Below the pieces are notes generated by a model. It did no database searches, was not told where the DNA came from, and saw nothing but the letters and a program-made list of their open reading frames with translations. From a virus, in the IMG/VR virus record IMGVR_UViG_3300035698_010295, positions 1-64,000 of that record: a stretch of DNA of 64,000 nt. One strand, 5' to 3'. Shown piece by piece: positions 17,667 through 26,603 of this stretch (positions are counted from its first letter, which is position 1; every line of letters starts with the position of its first letter). The translations under genes and the position numbers were made by a program.

Positions 17667-17833
17667 AAATCACTGGCTCCTTCCACTGTTAAATCAAATC
17701 AAGGTCGACATGACCTTTCGCTCCGTGCATCTTTATATTACAGGATAACCGACCGACACTCAAGACAATTATCGGGCCGACCAGATAATAAGGTTCACGC
17801 GTGTTCTATTTTATAGGTAATTCCAGAATACTA

Positions 17834-18253
17834 TTAAATCAAATCAAAAATTAGGATTTTGATTTCAGGCATCAAATTCTTATAATCATATACTTTACCC
17901 TTGGGGTCAAAGATTTTATCTCCATGATAAGCTACAGCATGATCTTTTAAAATTAGAACACCTGTCTCTGAACACGGGAAATCTTCTTGCTCAAAATAAA
18001 TAAGATGTTCATCATCGTGGCCTAAAACGATGTTTCTATAAATAGGTACACACATCTTACAATGAGCATACGCTACAATCATACACTCTTGTAGGTGCCA
18101 ACCTCTATAACACTTAGGATTGGGTAGATCAGGCCAAGCTATATTATAACCTTGTTTACCGAGTAATTGGATAAAGTCATTAGGCTCCACATCACAAGCC
18201 ATAGCAAAGGCGTATGGTAGACAATCATTGTTGTTGGATTTCTGTAATCTCAT
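17834..18253 (-). CDS. Papain-like (C39-like) cysteine peptidase
   Basis: Q...DCLPYAFAM catalytic Cys region, HAVAY, IFDP. Confidence 0.55.
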   Translation of the reverse strand: MRLQKSNNNDCLPYAFAMACDVEPNDFIQLLGKQGYNIAWPDLPNPKCYRGWHLQECMIVAYAHCKMCVPIYRNIVLGHDDEHLIYFEQEDFPCSETGVLILKDHAVAYHGDKIFDPKGKVYDYKNLMPEIKILIFDLI

Positions 18254-18264
18254 TTAGAGTCTCC

Positions 18265-18543
18265 TTACCATCGTATTTCCCATTGTGACCAGTCATAAGG
18301 ATTTGGTGGTCCCTTATATTCATTAAACACAACGTCAAAGCCATCTTGTTGTAGCTGTTGGACAACTGCCTGTTCTAGTTCTTTAGATGGGGGTTGATCT
18401 AATCCGCGAAATGGGCCATAGTAACAACGTCGTCCTTTTTCTGCATAAGTTTTGATCTTATCATAGATAGATTTAAGAATAGGATTTATCAGTGACCTTG
18501 ATAAAGTACTTCTGGTTATTCTTCTGGCTTCTTCAGCATTCAT
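18265..18543 (-). CDS. Hypothetical protein
   Basis: MNAEEAR...IRW small phage ORF, coupled by overlap. Confidence 0.6.
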   Translation of the reverse strand: MNAEEARRITRSTLSRSLINPILKSIYDKIKTYAEKGRRCYYGPFRGLDQPPSKELEQAVVQQLQQDGFDVVFNEYKGPPNPYDWSQWEIRW

Positions 18544-18842
18544 TTTGCTTTACCCAGTATTAGTTTAGTTGATTGTTGAATCTCAGTGAGCAGAGTTTCG
18601 AAATCAAAACTATTATCTGTCGATAGCATATCTATCGTTTCATTTATAACATGCAGTCGTAATGTTGGTGACATTTTAGCATAAGGTACGCAATGTAAGG
18701 CTCGCAGTGCATTGTATATTTTCTGGTCTGGAATAGTGCATGTGATTTTCAAACATGCATCAATGGTACAGATAGAAAAAGACTGATTGTCAAACATCTG
18801 TTTGATAGCAACTGTAACAGCTTCTCGTTCAAAATTATTCAT
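18540..18842 (-). CDS. Hypothetical protein
   Basis: 100-aa ORF within the operon. Confidence 0.6.
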   Translation of the reverse strand: MNNFEREAVTVAIKQMFDNQSFSICTIDACLKITCTIPDQKIYNALRALHCVPYAKMSPTLRLHVINETIDMLSTDNSFDFETLLTEIQQSTKLILGKAK

Positions 18843-18852
18843 AACTCACTTT

Positions 18853-19092
18853 TCAAGCAAAACTGAGATCATTTGGGTTTGTTGCCGCTGCTGTATATTC
18901 ATTGAAGCGGTGCCACTCACCAGCACAATTATAAACGACAAAAATCCATTTGTCGTTCCAGCTTTTTATCCTTCCTCGTTCTGGTTCTCCAACACAAGGA
19001 TGATAGTTAACCCAGCGACCTATATCATCTGCTGTTAGTTCTTGTATTTTTAGTTTATTGTCTTTAATTAACTTCCGCAATCCGTTTGCCAT
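18853..19092 (-). CDS. Hypothetical protein
   Basis: 79-aa ORF with SD. Confidence 0.6.
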   Translation of the reverse strand: MANGLRKLIKDNKLKIQELTADDIGRWVNYHPCVGEPERGRIKSWNDKWIFVVYNCAGEWHRFNEYTAAATNPNDLSFA

Positions 19093-19107
19093 TTCACTCG
19101 CCGCCTT

Positions 19108-19263
19108 TCAATTTTCGTATCGCCATCTCCATAGACATAATGACAAAACCGCCCAAATTGCCCAACCAAACCCATATTCAAAATTAGTTGCAATGCCAAC
19201 CTTTGCACTAATACCAGCTAGGCCTAATACCACAATAGCACCTGCAATGTTATATGTTTTCAT
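19108..19263 (-). CDS. Small membrane protein
   Basis: Two hydrophobic segments; AGGA SD before MKTYN. Confidence 0.5.
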   Translation of the reverse strand: MKTYNIAGAIVVLGLAGISAKVGIATNFEYGFGWAIWAVLSLCLWRWRYEN

Positions 19264-19410
19264 GTATCTGTCCTGCTTCCTATAGGCGGCTAATTCCGCT
19301 GCTTCAGCCACCACCACAACACCAATCCTAAAATCCACTTATGCATAACGTTCACCTACTTTCTGCCCTACGGGGCAATTCGTTCTTCGAGTTCTTCTAA
19401 CCAAAACATT

Positions 19411-19659
19411 TCAATCACCGCCTTTTGCTGAATATCTACCTTTCGCCAACGCCCACCATGCATCCCACGCCATAAGAAAAGTAATTACACTGAATCCAAT
19501 TAATATTAGACATATTAGAATTTGTGCTATCTTGAAAGATAAATTTATATCAACAATGTGTAACATAGGTACAATACCATACCGATTGCAGAAGATAAAC
19601 AGGGAACACAGGGCCGTCGATATAAGTGCATTGCATAATGTTTGTATTCGTTTAGTCAT
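19411..19659 (-). CDS. Membrane protein (2 TM segments)
   Basis: AGGAG SD; hydrophobic segments. Confidence 0.6.
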   Translation of the reverse strand: MTKRIQTLCNALISTALCSLFIFCNRYGIVPMLHIVDINLSFKIAQILICLILIGFSVITFLMAWDAWWALAKGRYSAKGGD

Positions 19660-19687
19660 ACTTTGTCTCCTTAACTACAACCTTGCA

Positions 19688-20023
19688 TCACTGGGAATTT
19701 TCATTGTTTCTTATCGCTTCACCAAGTTGTGCATTTAATGCTATGACATCAGGTTCTGTACAGAAAGCATAACTAAGGGCACTGGATGCGGTAGAACCAA
19801 CACCTAAAACCCGCTCTGTACCTAATTTAGGTCGCCGTCGCACTACAATATATTCCTGGCCATGCTCTCTACCGTCAAACGTATCCCGCAGTATAAGCTC
19901 ACAACGAAAGTCATCCAATTTTTGCAGTCGTAGCACGATTAATTTATTTGTTAAATCTTCAACCGTATTGTATTCTGTGGTTACTGTTTTGCTCACCAGT
20001 TTCCTTTCACTGCTTAGAGGCAT
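19688..20023 (-). CDS. Hypothetical protein
   Basis: 111-aa ORF within the operon. Confidence 0.55.
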   Translation of the reverse strand: MPLSSERKLVSKTVTTEYNTVEDLTNKLIVLRLQKLDDFRCELILRDTFDGREHGQEYIVVRRRPKLGTERVLGVGSTASSALSYAFCTEPDVIALNAQLGEAIRNNENSQ

Positions 20024-20328
20024 ATGTCACAAATTAAATTAGTCACCTTTCTGACAGCAGCCCTACCACAAACACACTGTATCCATGTAAAGCCAGGCAA
20101 GATGCCTGAATAATCATAATACAGTATCTTATCGCAAACGCACGTGACCTCACAATCAAGAGGCCGTGCGGTTTTACGGATGATCGAACCACCGCATGAC
20201 GGACAGAACTGAAAATTATTTGCCGTTACACTGAATTTTGTGTCACAGCAGCCGGGCCGCCAATACACTCCATACGTCCAATCAGGATTGTTAATTCTTT
20301 GCCAGACGCAAAAACGTGCATCCATCAT
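20014..20328 (-). CDS. Zinc-ribbon protein
   Basis: FCPSCG and additional CxC pairs. Confidence 0.6.
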   Translation of the reverse strand: MMDARFCVWQRINNPDWTYGVYWRPGCCDTKFSVTANNFQFCPSCGGSIIRKTARPLDCEVTCVCDKILYYDYSGILPGFTWIQCVCGRAAVRKVTNLICDICL

Positions 20329-20576
20329 TTTGCCACCTTAGATTCAGCCATGTCTTTAGTTTTCTGCCATCTTTCAGCAAACGCCAATCGCCATATATTG
20401 ATAGCTCCCAATCCGACACATAAACCAATTGCGAGTAGTGATACACCCTTCAAAACTGACTCTTTCACAAAATAGCCACCGAGAAATATCTCAGACGCTG
20501 ACACAAATGAGAATAGAGTCGCAAAATTATTAATTGTATCTTGTAACCCATCAATTACCGCCTTATTCCTTATCAA
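20325..20576 (-). CDS. Membrane protein
   Basis: Two hydrophobic segments; start position uncertain. Confidence 0.4.
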   Translation of the reverse strand: MIRNKAVIDGLQDTINNFATLFSFVSASEIFLGGYFVKESVLKGVSLLAIGLCVGLGAINIWRLAFAERWQKTKDMAESKVAK

Positions 20577-21372
20577 AAGGTAATGATCTACATTGAAAAC
20601 CAGCTGCGGATTTATGGCCACCACCACCCCTATTCTTAGCTATAAAAGCAACATCAATTTTATTAGATCGTAAACTAACTGTCCAATTAGAGCCATCATT
20701 ATAATAAAAAATCACAATATCATAATTATCAATACGACCCTCTATCCGATTACTACTAATCATAGGACGATTTACTGCCCAACAGTTATTACCCTCAAAA
20801 ACACAATCAAACCCTATTTTATTTAAGAGTTTGTCTTCCTGTGCCTTATATTGCTCTATAATTTTTCCTTGTTCTACTAGTTCATCAATATTGATTTGAT
20901 ACATATACTTTAACCAAAACTCAGATGTTGGTGATGTATCATACAATTGACTACCGGCGAAAAAATATTTAGTTTCATCACCAAAATCCCATTTCCATAT
21001 ATCACGATCTGCTACTAAGTTTATTGATTTAGGTACTACTTTATTGGGATAAATATACCTCCATGTTAAGATACAAGCTGCATCTTCTATTGATCTTACT
21101 CCATCAATTTCTTTGGGGAAACCAACATATTTTTCAAGAGCCGTTTTATGGTGATCAATCCAAACAACGTTTGTTGTTATTTCCAAGAGTTTTAACATTT
21201 CTGATGGTTCGATAGAGTAATCTACGATCCATATTTTTTCGTTTGGTTCTATGGCTTCAAATGGAAATGGTGTTCCATAATTGATCTCTCGCATCTCACA
21301 TTCATGGTACTGGTCATAGACACAAAATCCAGATGCTTGTCCATCTAGATCATCATGGTGAAAACACTTCAT
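20563..21372 (-). CDS. DHH/DHHA1 phosphoesterase (NrnB/nanoRNase-like)
   Basis: HHDDLDG, VDYS, IDHH, SLRS, GGGGH..AAG motifs. Confidence 0.9.
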   Translation of the reverse strand: MKCFHHDDLDGQASGFCVYDQYHECEMREINYGTPFPFEAIEPNEKIWIVDYSIEPSEMLKLLEITTNVVWIDHHKTALEKYVGFPKEIDGVRSIEDAACILTWRYIYPNKVVPKSINLVADRDIWKWDFGDETKYFFAGSQLYDTSPTSEFWLKYMYQINIDELVEQGKIIEQYKAQEDKLLNKIGFDCVFEGNNCWAVNRPMISSNRIEGRIDNYDIVIFYYNDGSNWTVSLRSNKIDVAFIAKNRGGGGHKSAAGFQCRSLPFDKE

Positions 21373-21707
21373 AATATATTCTCCAATTTTCTTACGATAG
21401 CCTCAGCTTCATCACTAATTTCAAGGGATGTTATGTATCTGCGTTGTGCTAATGTACATAATCTCGCTAATAGTAAATGTGTGGCCTCATGTTTTGCTAT
21501 TAATTTTGGATCTCTATGATCGTTATACACAGAAGAAAAATAAACTGAAGCACATTTGCCAGATTCATCAATATGAATCTCAGCATAATTATCTTCTAAT
21601 GGTTCAAAATTAAAATCTATACAATATTCTTGTAAACCTAGTTTATTTGCTAATTCTTTAAATGTCTTTTTAAATAATACAAAGTCTTTTTTAGGTACTT
21701 TCTTCAT
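21369..21707 (-). CDS. HExxH zinc-metallopeptidase-like protein
   Basis: AKHEATHLL with a downstream E. Confidence 0.6.
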   Translation of the reverse strand: MKKVPKKDFVLFKKTFKELANKLGLQEYCIDFNFEPLEDNYAEIHIDESGKCASVYFSSVYNDHRDPKLIAKHEATHLLLARLCTLAQRRYITSLEISDEAEAIVRKLENIL

Positions 21708-22179
21708 TTAGAACCTTAGTTTCAAGTTGTTCAGCGGTAATTTCAATGGTAGCATTAGCTACATTACGCAGTTCATTACAAACACCACACGCAATAATCA
21801 TAACTTTTTTATCTAATTCTTTAAGGTAAGTTACCAATGGAACAAGATCTCTACTAGCTGAACCTAGGATAACCTGATCCAATGCATCAAGATTACGAAT
21901 AATATCCACTGCAATATTAACACCTAAAGTTGTGTTTCTATTCCTAGTAGTGTGTATAAACTTTGTTGAAAATCCAAGAGCATTGAGTCTTCTTATGAAA
22001 GCTTTAGCTTCATTGTCTATTTTTACACCAAAAGCTCGACAAACTGTTATTTCACCACCTTCAGGTAGTTCTTCACAAACAGTATTTAAATATTTTGAAT
22101 AATCAATCTTTTGTTCTTCAAAAGCACGACCTACACAATAATAAAGATTTGATACATCAACAAATAAACCTACTCGCAT
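21691..22179 (-). CDS. NYN/LabA-DUF88 (PIN-like) domain protein
   Basis: FVDVSNL, NIAVD, SASRDLVP, ELRNVAN. Some canonical acidic residues appear substituted. Confidence 0.75.
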   Translation of the reverse strand: MRVGLFVDVSNLYYCVGRAFEEQKIDYSKYLNTVCEELPEGGEITVCRAFGVKIDNEAKAFIRRLNALGFSTKFIHTTRNRNTTLGVNIAVDIIRNLDALDQVILGSASRDLVPLVTYLKELDKKVMIIACGVCNELRNVANATIEITAEQLETKVLNEEST

Positions 22180-22191
22180 AATAATTTTCCT

Positions 22192-24078
22192 TTACTTAAC
22201 TGGGCAACCACCTTTGGAGCACTCAGTTCCTTCAATAATATCACCAGACTCTATCCCACTGTAAATTGTTTCTTTATTTATTTCATTATATTTTTCCTCT
22301 GTTATTTCTTCCATAGGTGCTTGTATAAAACCATGATCACTTTTTAAAACAAATGAGAGTGTTTTAATTTCAAAGTAATTTTGTTGTAACCATTTTTGTA
22401 TAATAGGTAATTCCCAAGGTTCATAATATATTGTACATGATACACTATTATCTGACCAGTGACGTTGAAGCCAAAGAGCATTTTCCAATTGATCAGTAAC
22501 ACTTAACTCTGAAGCACAGATAGCATCAGTTTTAATCGGGAATGATATTACCATAACATTAAGGTCTTGGTTACCATTTAAATCAATCTGTGGTTCAATA
22601 TGATAACCATGTTTTCGACAAATTTCTACAACAGGATCATTAGAAGCCATACGTACTCTTCTAATATAGTAAGGTGCAAAAGCGGGATGTGCACCTGGTG
22701 TTACACCTGCAAGAAGTGAAACTGTGCCTGATGGTTTGACTGTGGTTAATTTAATACTAGGTAAAACACCAAGTAACCTAGAAAAGTTAGCATCTTCATA
22801 CTCTAAATTATTATATACATTAGAAAACAAATCACTATCAAGTCTAAAGTTAGATTGCATAAATCCAGTTACGGAAAGACCAAGTCTATGGTTTCTGGTC
22901 ACGACTTCGGTTGTCTCTGGATAAAGGAACGGTAGTGTACTTATGATTTTACAAGCTTTCATCATTAGTACAGAAACCTTTTTAAATTCACCTTCAGTAC
23001 GTATATTAGGTAAGAATATCTCACCTAAGTTGCAAGCCTCATAGGATTCAAGCGTAATTTCAGCACAAGGATTAACACCAGTCACACGTTCATCTGTTCT
23101 ATAGTTGAAGCCATCTACAACCCTACCATATTGACGACAATTCTTTAAATTTATCAAACCGTAAGGTTCTCCCTCACCATTATAACCATCCCAGAAGTCA
23201 GGTGATATATCTTCATAATCATTACAAACTATACTATTGTTTGACATGCTCCGCCAACTAGGGATACTGTGCTTACCCCAATTTTTAGCATCTAAGAAAT
23301 CTTGATCATGTGAATCACCTAATGCTAGTTCAGCTGAACGTCTCACATTTCCAGATACCACTATTTGTCCAATGATATTTAATATATCCAATGAATCAAT
23401 AGGGCGTAATTTTTGTCCATATCTCTTAGACAAAACACCACATATTTGTGTTAAGCCTATTACAAGTTCTTCACTACCAGAAGCTACACCTCCGAACGTT
23501 ATAATTTTTGTTCCTTTGGGGCGTATGCAAGATGTATTATATTTAATATCTTTTCCAGTAAAGAAAAATGCTTTTAGGATTTTACCAAGTATATTTACCC
23601 AACCTTCTCTATTGTCAGGTACAACATAATCGCAATCGAAATCATTAACCCTAGTGACAGTAGGGTCGAAGCAAACTGTTGGGATTTCATAAACAAATTC
23701 CGGGCAAATATTAAAACCAACACCGCCGCCAAGCATAAGTTCATTAAATGTAAAACAAAATGGTTTAATTGCTTCTCGTATGGCGACTTGCCAACAATTT
23801 TGTAAACTATCACCCCCGAAACGATGAACATTATTAGTGCCAAGCTGCCACAAAGCACGTCCAGAGAAACTGCATCTGAGGTTAAATACGTGATCATATA
23901 GTTGCTCCTGCTCATCTCTTGTGAGGATATCAGCTATTTCAGCTAAACCATTAATACAACGTTCTACAGTTTGATACCACTCTTCATCTCTGGAATATGT
24001 TCTTTTATAGATTATGTAACCTATTGGACCCCAAGGCGGTCTTTTATTTCTATAACGATTTATGAAATCTTTTCTCAT
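22192..24078 (-). CDS. nrdJ: Class II (adenosylcobalamin-dependent) ribonucleotide reductase
   Basis: YKRTYSR, GRALW, LQNC, GGGVGF, GNVRRSA, NPCAEI, CNLGE, KPSGTVS and a terminal CSKGGCPVK. Confidence 0.93.
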   Translation of the reverse strand: MRKDFINRYRNKRPPWGPIGYIIYKRTYSRDEEWYQTVERCINGLAEIADILTRDEQEQLYDHVFNLRCSFSGRALWQLGTNNVHRFGGDSLQNCWQVAIREAIKPFCFTFNELMLGGGVGFNICPEFVYEIPTVCFDPTVTRVNDFDCDYVVPDNREGWVNILGKILKAFFFTGKDIKYNTSCIRPKGTKIITFGGVASGSEELVIGLTQICGVLSKRYGQKLRPIDSLDILNIIGQIVVSGNVRRSAELALGDSHDQDFLDAKNWGKHSIPSWRSMSNNSIVCNDYEDISPDFWDGYNGEGEPYGLINLKNCRQYGRVVDGFNYRTDERVTGVNPCAEITLESYEACNLGEIFLPNIRTEGEFKKVSVLMMKACKIISTLPFLYPETTEVVTRNHRLGLSVTGFMQSNFRLDSDLFSNVYNNLEYEDANFSRLLGVLPSIKLTTVKPSGTVSLLAGVTPGAHPAFAPYYIRRVRMASNDPVVEICRKHGYHIEPQIDLNGNQDLNVMVISFPIKTDAICASELSVTDQLENALWLQRHWSDNSVSCTIYYEPWELPIIQKWLQQNYFEIKTLSFVLKSDHGFIQAPMEEITEEKYNEINKETIYSGIESGDIIEGTECSKGGCPVK

Positions 24079-24102
24079 TTTTGTTCCTTAAAACGAAATT
24101 AG

Positions 24103-24516
24103 TCATGATAAGTACCTCGCAAATCTTTTAGCTGCTGTTTTAGCCTGGCCAAGTGTTTTAATTGTTATAGTGCCGTGTTCACCAAACGGTGTTATGATCT
24201 TATTGCCTTTAAATGTAGATGAAAATAACTTATCACCAATTGAGAAACCAAAAATACCACGATGACTCCAACCAAACCAAGCTTGTAAAGATTCACTAAA
24301 TCCTATTTGAGCAACAGTCCCCAATATATCCGCAGATTGCAGTTGACGTAAGTCACGCTTTTTACATAGTGCTCTAGCCACATTAGATGAGCCAATATAA
24401 GACCCATCTAAATCTGAATAGCAACTAACCAATTCATAGCTACTCTTACCTGATTTAATAATCTCTCTACGGTAAAAGTAACCAGGGTAATGGCGTTCAA
24501 ATTTAATTTTTTTCAT
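24103..24516 (-). CDS. Hypothetical phage protein
   Basis: 137 aa; WFGWSHR motif; ATGA coupling. Confidence 0.65.
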   Translation of the reverse strand: MKKIKFERHYPGYFYRREIIKSGKSSYELVSCYSDLDGSYIGSSNVARALCKKRDLRQLQSADILGTVAQIGFSESLQAWFGWSHRGIFGFSIGDKLFSSTFKGNKIITPFGEHGTITIKTLGQAKTAAKRFARYLS

Positions 24517-24803
24517 TCTTGTTCCATCATAATAAGGTAAAATAGTGCGTAGTTAATGACATCTTTCATTGTATCTTTGATTGATTCATCTTTAACTTCT
24601 AGAGCACCTTTTTTATGTAATTGTTTTAGCCTACAGATTTTATCACTGAGCCTAACAGCGATACCTAGCAGACCATAATCTCTAAGGTTCTCAAAGACAT
24701 CTTCATTAGATGAATAATCATGGCCTTTAGCAAGCCGTAATACTTTTAGTTCTTCTAATAAAGTATCAATATCATTTTCGCGTTGTTCTTTAGTGTAAAT
24801 TAT
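24513..24803 (-). CDS. DUF1599-like all-alpha nucleotide-modification-associated protein (non-canonical ATA/ATT start)
   Basis: Missing from the track. Translation ...KGHDYSSNEDVFENLRDYGLLGIAVRLSDKICRL...ESIKDTMKDVINYALF; GGAG SD lies 7 nt before ATA, and an in-frame TAA directly precedes it. Confidence 0.7.
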   Translation of the reverse strand: MIYTKEQRENDIDTLLEELKVLRLAKGHDYSSNEDVFENLRDYGLLGIAVRLSDKICRLKQLHKKGALEVKDESIKDTMKDVINYALFYLIMMEQE

Positions 24804-24868
24804 TTAAATTCTCCAAAGAAAATGCCAAGCAGACAGTAGATGGATGAGTATAAGATGTGATTAACTGC

Positions 24869-25267
24869 CTACCTGACATCAAAAATTCTATTGTAGTGAT
24901 CTTCTAACTTATCCCAAACTGCTTCAATACCAAAACTAAGTAGTGTCTTCAATAATTCCTCAGCTATATAATAAGCTAAGTCTCGGTAATAACAGTTGCC
25001 TTTTAGGTATAAACAATCTTTGTTGTAATTTGATCCAGGTAGCTGCTTTCTTGAGTGAATAATTATACAAGCTGCCCACGGTGGTCTATTGAAACTATTA
25101 TCTAAATGCCAAATAGTAAATATTTTAAATTCTATTACTGCTTCATCACAGTGTAAGAGCATGTTTAAATCACAGCAGTGCATACCTATATTTGTTTCTG
25201 GGCTGTCGGTGCGTTTATCCCAAGCTGGTGAAATCTTAATTTCTCTTTTAAATTCTTGGTTATTCAT
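24869..25267 (-). CDS. Hypothetical protein
   Basis: 132-aa ORF. Confidence 0.6.
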   Translation of the reverse strand: MNNQEFKREIKISPAWDKRTDSPETNIGMHCCDLNMLLHCDEAVIEFKIFTIWHLDNSFNRPPWAACIIIHSRKQLPGSNYNKDCLYLKGNCYYRDLAYYIAEELLKTLLSFGIEAVWDKLEDHYNRIFDVR

Positions 25268-25271
25268 TTAA

Positions 25272-26147
25272 TCAACCTTCAACATGTTTAACAATACAAG
25301 TTTTATCGGCTATAATTTTACACATATCATAAACTTTTATTTTACACTTATCAAATACTTTTACAATACAAGCATCTTTAACAGTTAACGTACATGAATC
25401 ATAAGCTTTTACACGACAAGCTTTACAAGCATGTATTTTACAAGAATTCTTAGCGTATATTCTACAAGAGCCACTAGCAGACACTTCACACTTATTGTAA
25501 GCATTAATAATGCCTGAACCATTAGCATGTAGTTTACATATATCATGAACATTTACAGTACAATTATCCCCCACCCGCACGTGACAATTATTAAATCCAT
25601 TTACCACACATAAATCATATGCTAATATCTCACAAGCATCATAAGCTGTAACCATACACATTTGACAAAGTTCAACTTTACAATTATTATGAGCATATAC
25701 TTTACACTTATCAGAAGCATTAACTTTACAAGCATCGTAAGCATATATAAGACAAGAATCATTAGCTAGTATAGTACATTTACCGTGAGCTCTTATAAAG
25801 CATTTTCCATATGCGTATATATTTTGATCATCCTTAATTTCTATTTCTTCATTAATAAAGACTTTACTTTTAAACCAATCTGGTAATACAAATCTAACGC
25901 GTCTCTCAACATCTTTAGAATCATACCAATCTGGTCTTAAATCTTGATCTAAATTATATTTCCAATTAGTTGTGGGGCTACTTAAATCACCATCTGGTGG
26001 TGATATTTCTATTCTAACAAAAGTTGGATCTCCACGCACATCTAACTCTTTTAACTTAAATTCCTCAATAATATCTTCATGGCTATCAGTTTTAGTTGAC
26101 CAGTAAACTTTTTTCTTAGTAACAATCATACTTGCAGGTTCACACAT
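25272..26147 (-). CDS. Protein with a C-terminal 8-aa Cys-rich beta-solenoid repeat
   Basis: About 20 repeats of CxV/IxAxDx; AGGAG SD. Confidence 0.75.
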   Translation of the reverse strand: MCEPASMIVTKKKVYWSTKTDSHEDIIEEFKLKELDVRGDPTFVRIEISPPDGDLSSPTTNWKYNLDQDLRPDWYDSKDVERRVRFVLPDWFKSKVFINEEIEIKDDQNIYAYGKCFIRAHGKCTILANDSCLIYAYDACKVNASDKCKVYAHNNCKVELCQMCMVTAYDACEILAYDLCVVNGFNNCHVRVGDNCTVNVHDICKLHANGSGIINAYNKCEVSASGSCRIYAKNSCKIHACKACRVKAYDSCTLTVKDACIVKVFDKCKIKVYDMCKIIADKTCIVKHVEG

Positions 26148-26169
26148 TAATAATCTCCTTTAAATAGTA

Positions 26170-26254
26170 TGCCCGAAGTGGGAGTCGAACCCACACGAGA
26201 GTTAATCTCAAGGGATCTTAAATCCCTTGTGTCTGCCAATTCCACCATTCGGGC
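26170..26254 (-). tRNA. tRNA-Leu (TAA)
   Basis: Acceptor GCCCGAA/TTCGGGC, D loop GGAATTGGCAGAC, anticodon arm AGGGA-TTTAAGA-TCCCT, long variable arm, T arm GTGGG-TTCGACT-CCCAC, A73. No encoded CCA. Confidence 0.92.
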
Positions 26255-26603
26255 TATTAGCTTCTTTTAATAATTCATCTAATTCTTTAAAAGTTGGATC
26301 AGTTTGTTTAAGATGATCTATATACTTAGTATTATCTTTAATAGCACACTGTATCTTATTTGTAATATTAACATCTTTAATAGTTTGTTGTATGATTCTA
26401 TCTTGAAGCTCACCAATTATATCACGTAATGCATGAGATAACATGGTATTAACTTCTTCTTCAATATGATCTGTGTTTCTGATACAACAAGCAGATGTAC
26501 TAGTTAAATGTTTACCATCAATACTAGCATTAACTATGAGTTTGACTGTAATATCATAATTAATCTCAAAACATAATTGGTGTTCTATTTCTATATTAAT
26601 CAC
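26208..26603 (-). CDS. Hypothetical protein (3' end overlaps tRNA-Leu)
   Basis: GTGA-coupled to the Ro60 stop. Confidence 0.55.
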   Translation of the reverse strand: MINIEIEHQLCFEINYDITVKLIVNASIDGKHLTSTSACCIRNTDHIEEEVNTMLSHALRDIIGELQDRIIQQTIKDVNITNKIQCAIKDNTKYIDHLKQTDPTFKELDELLKEANSPNGGIGRHKGFKIP

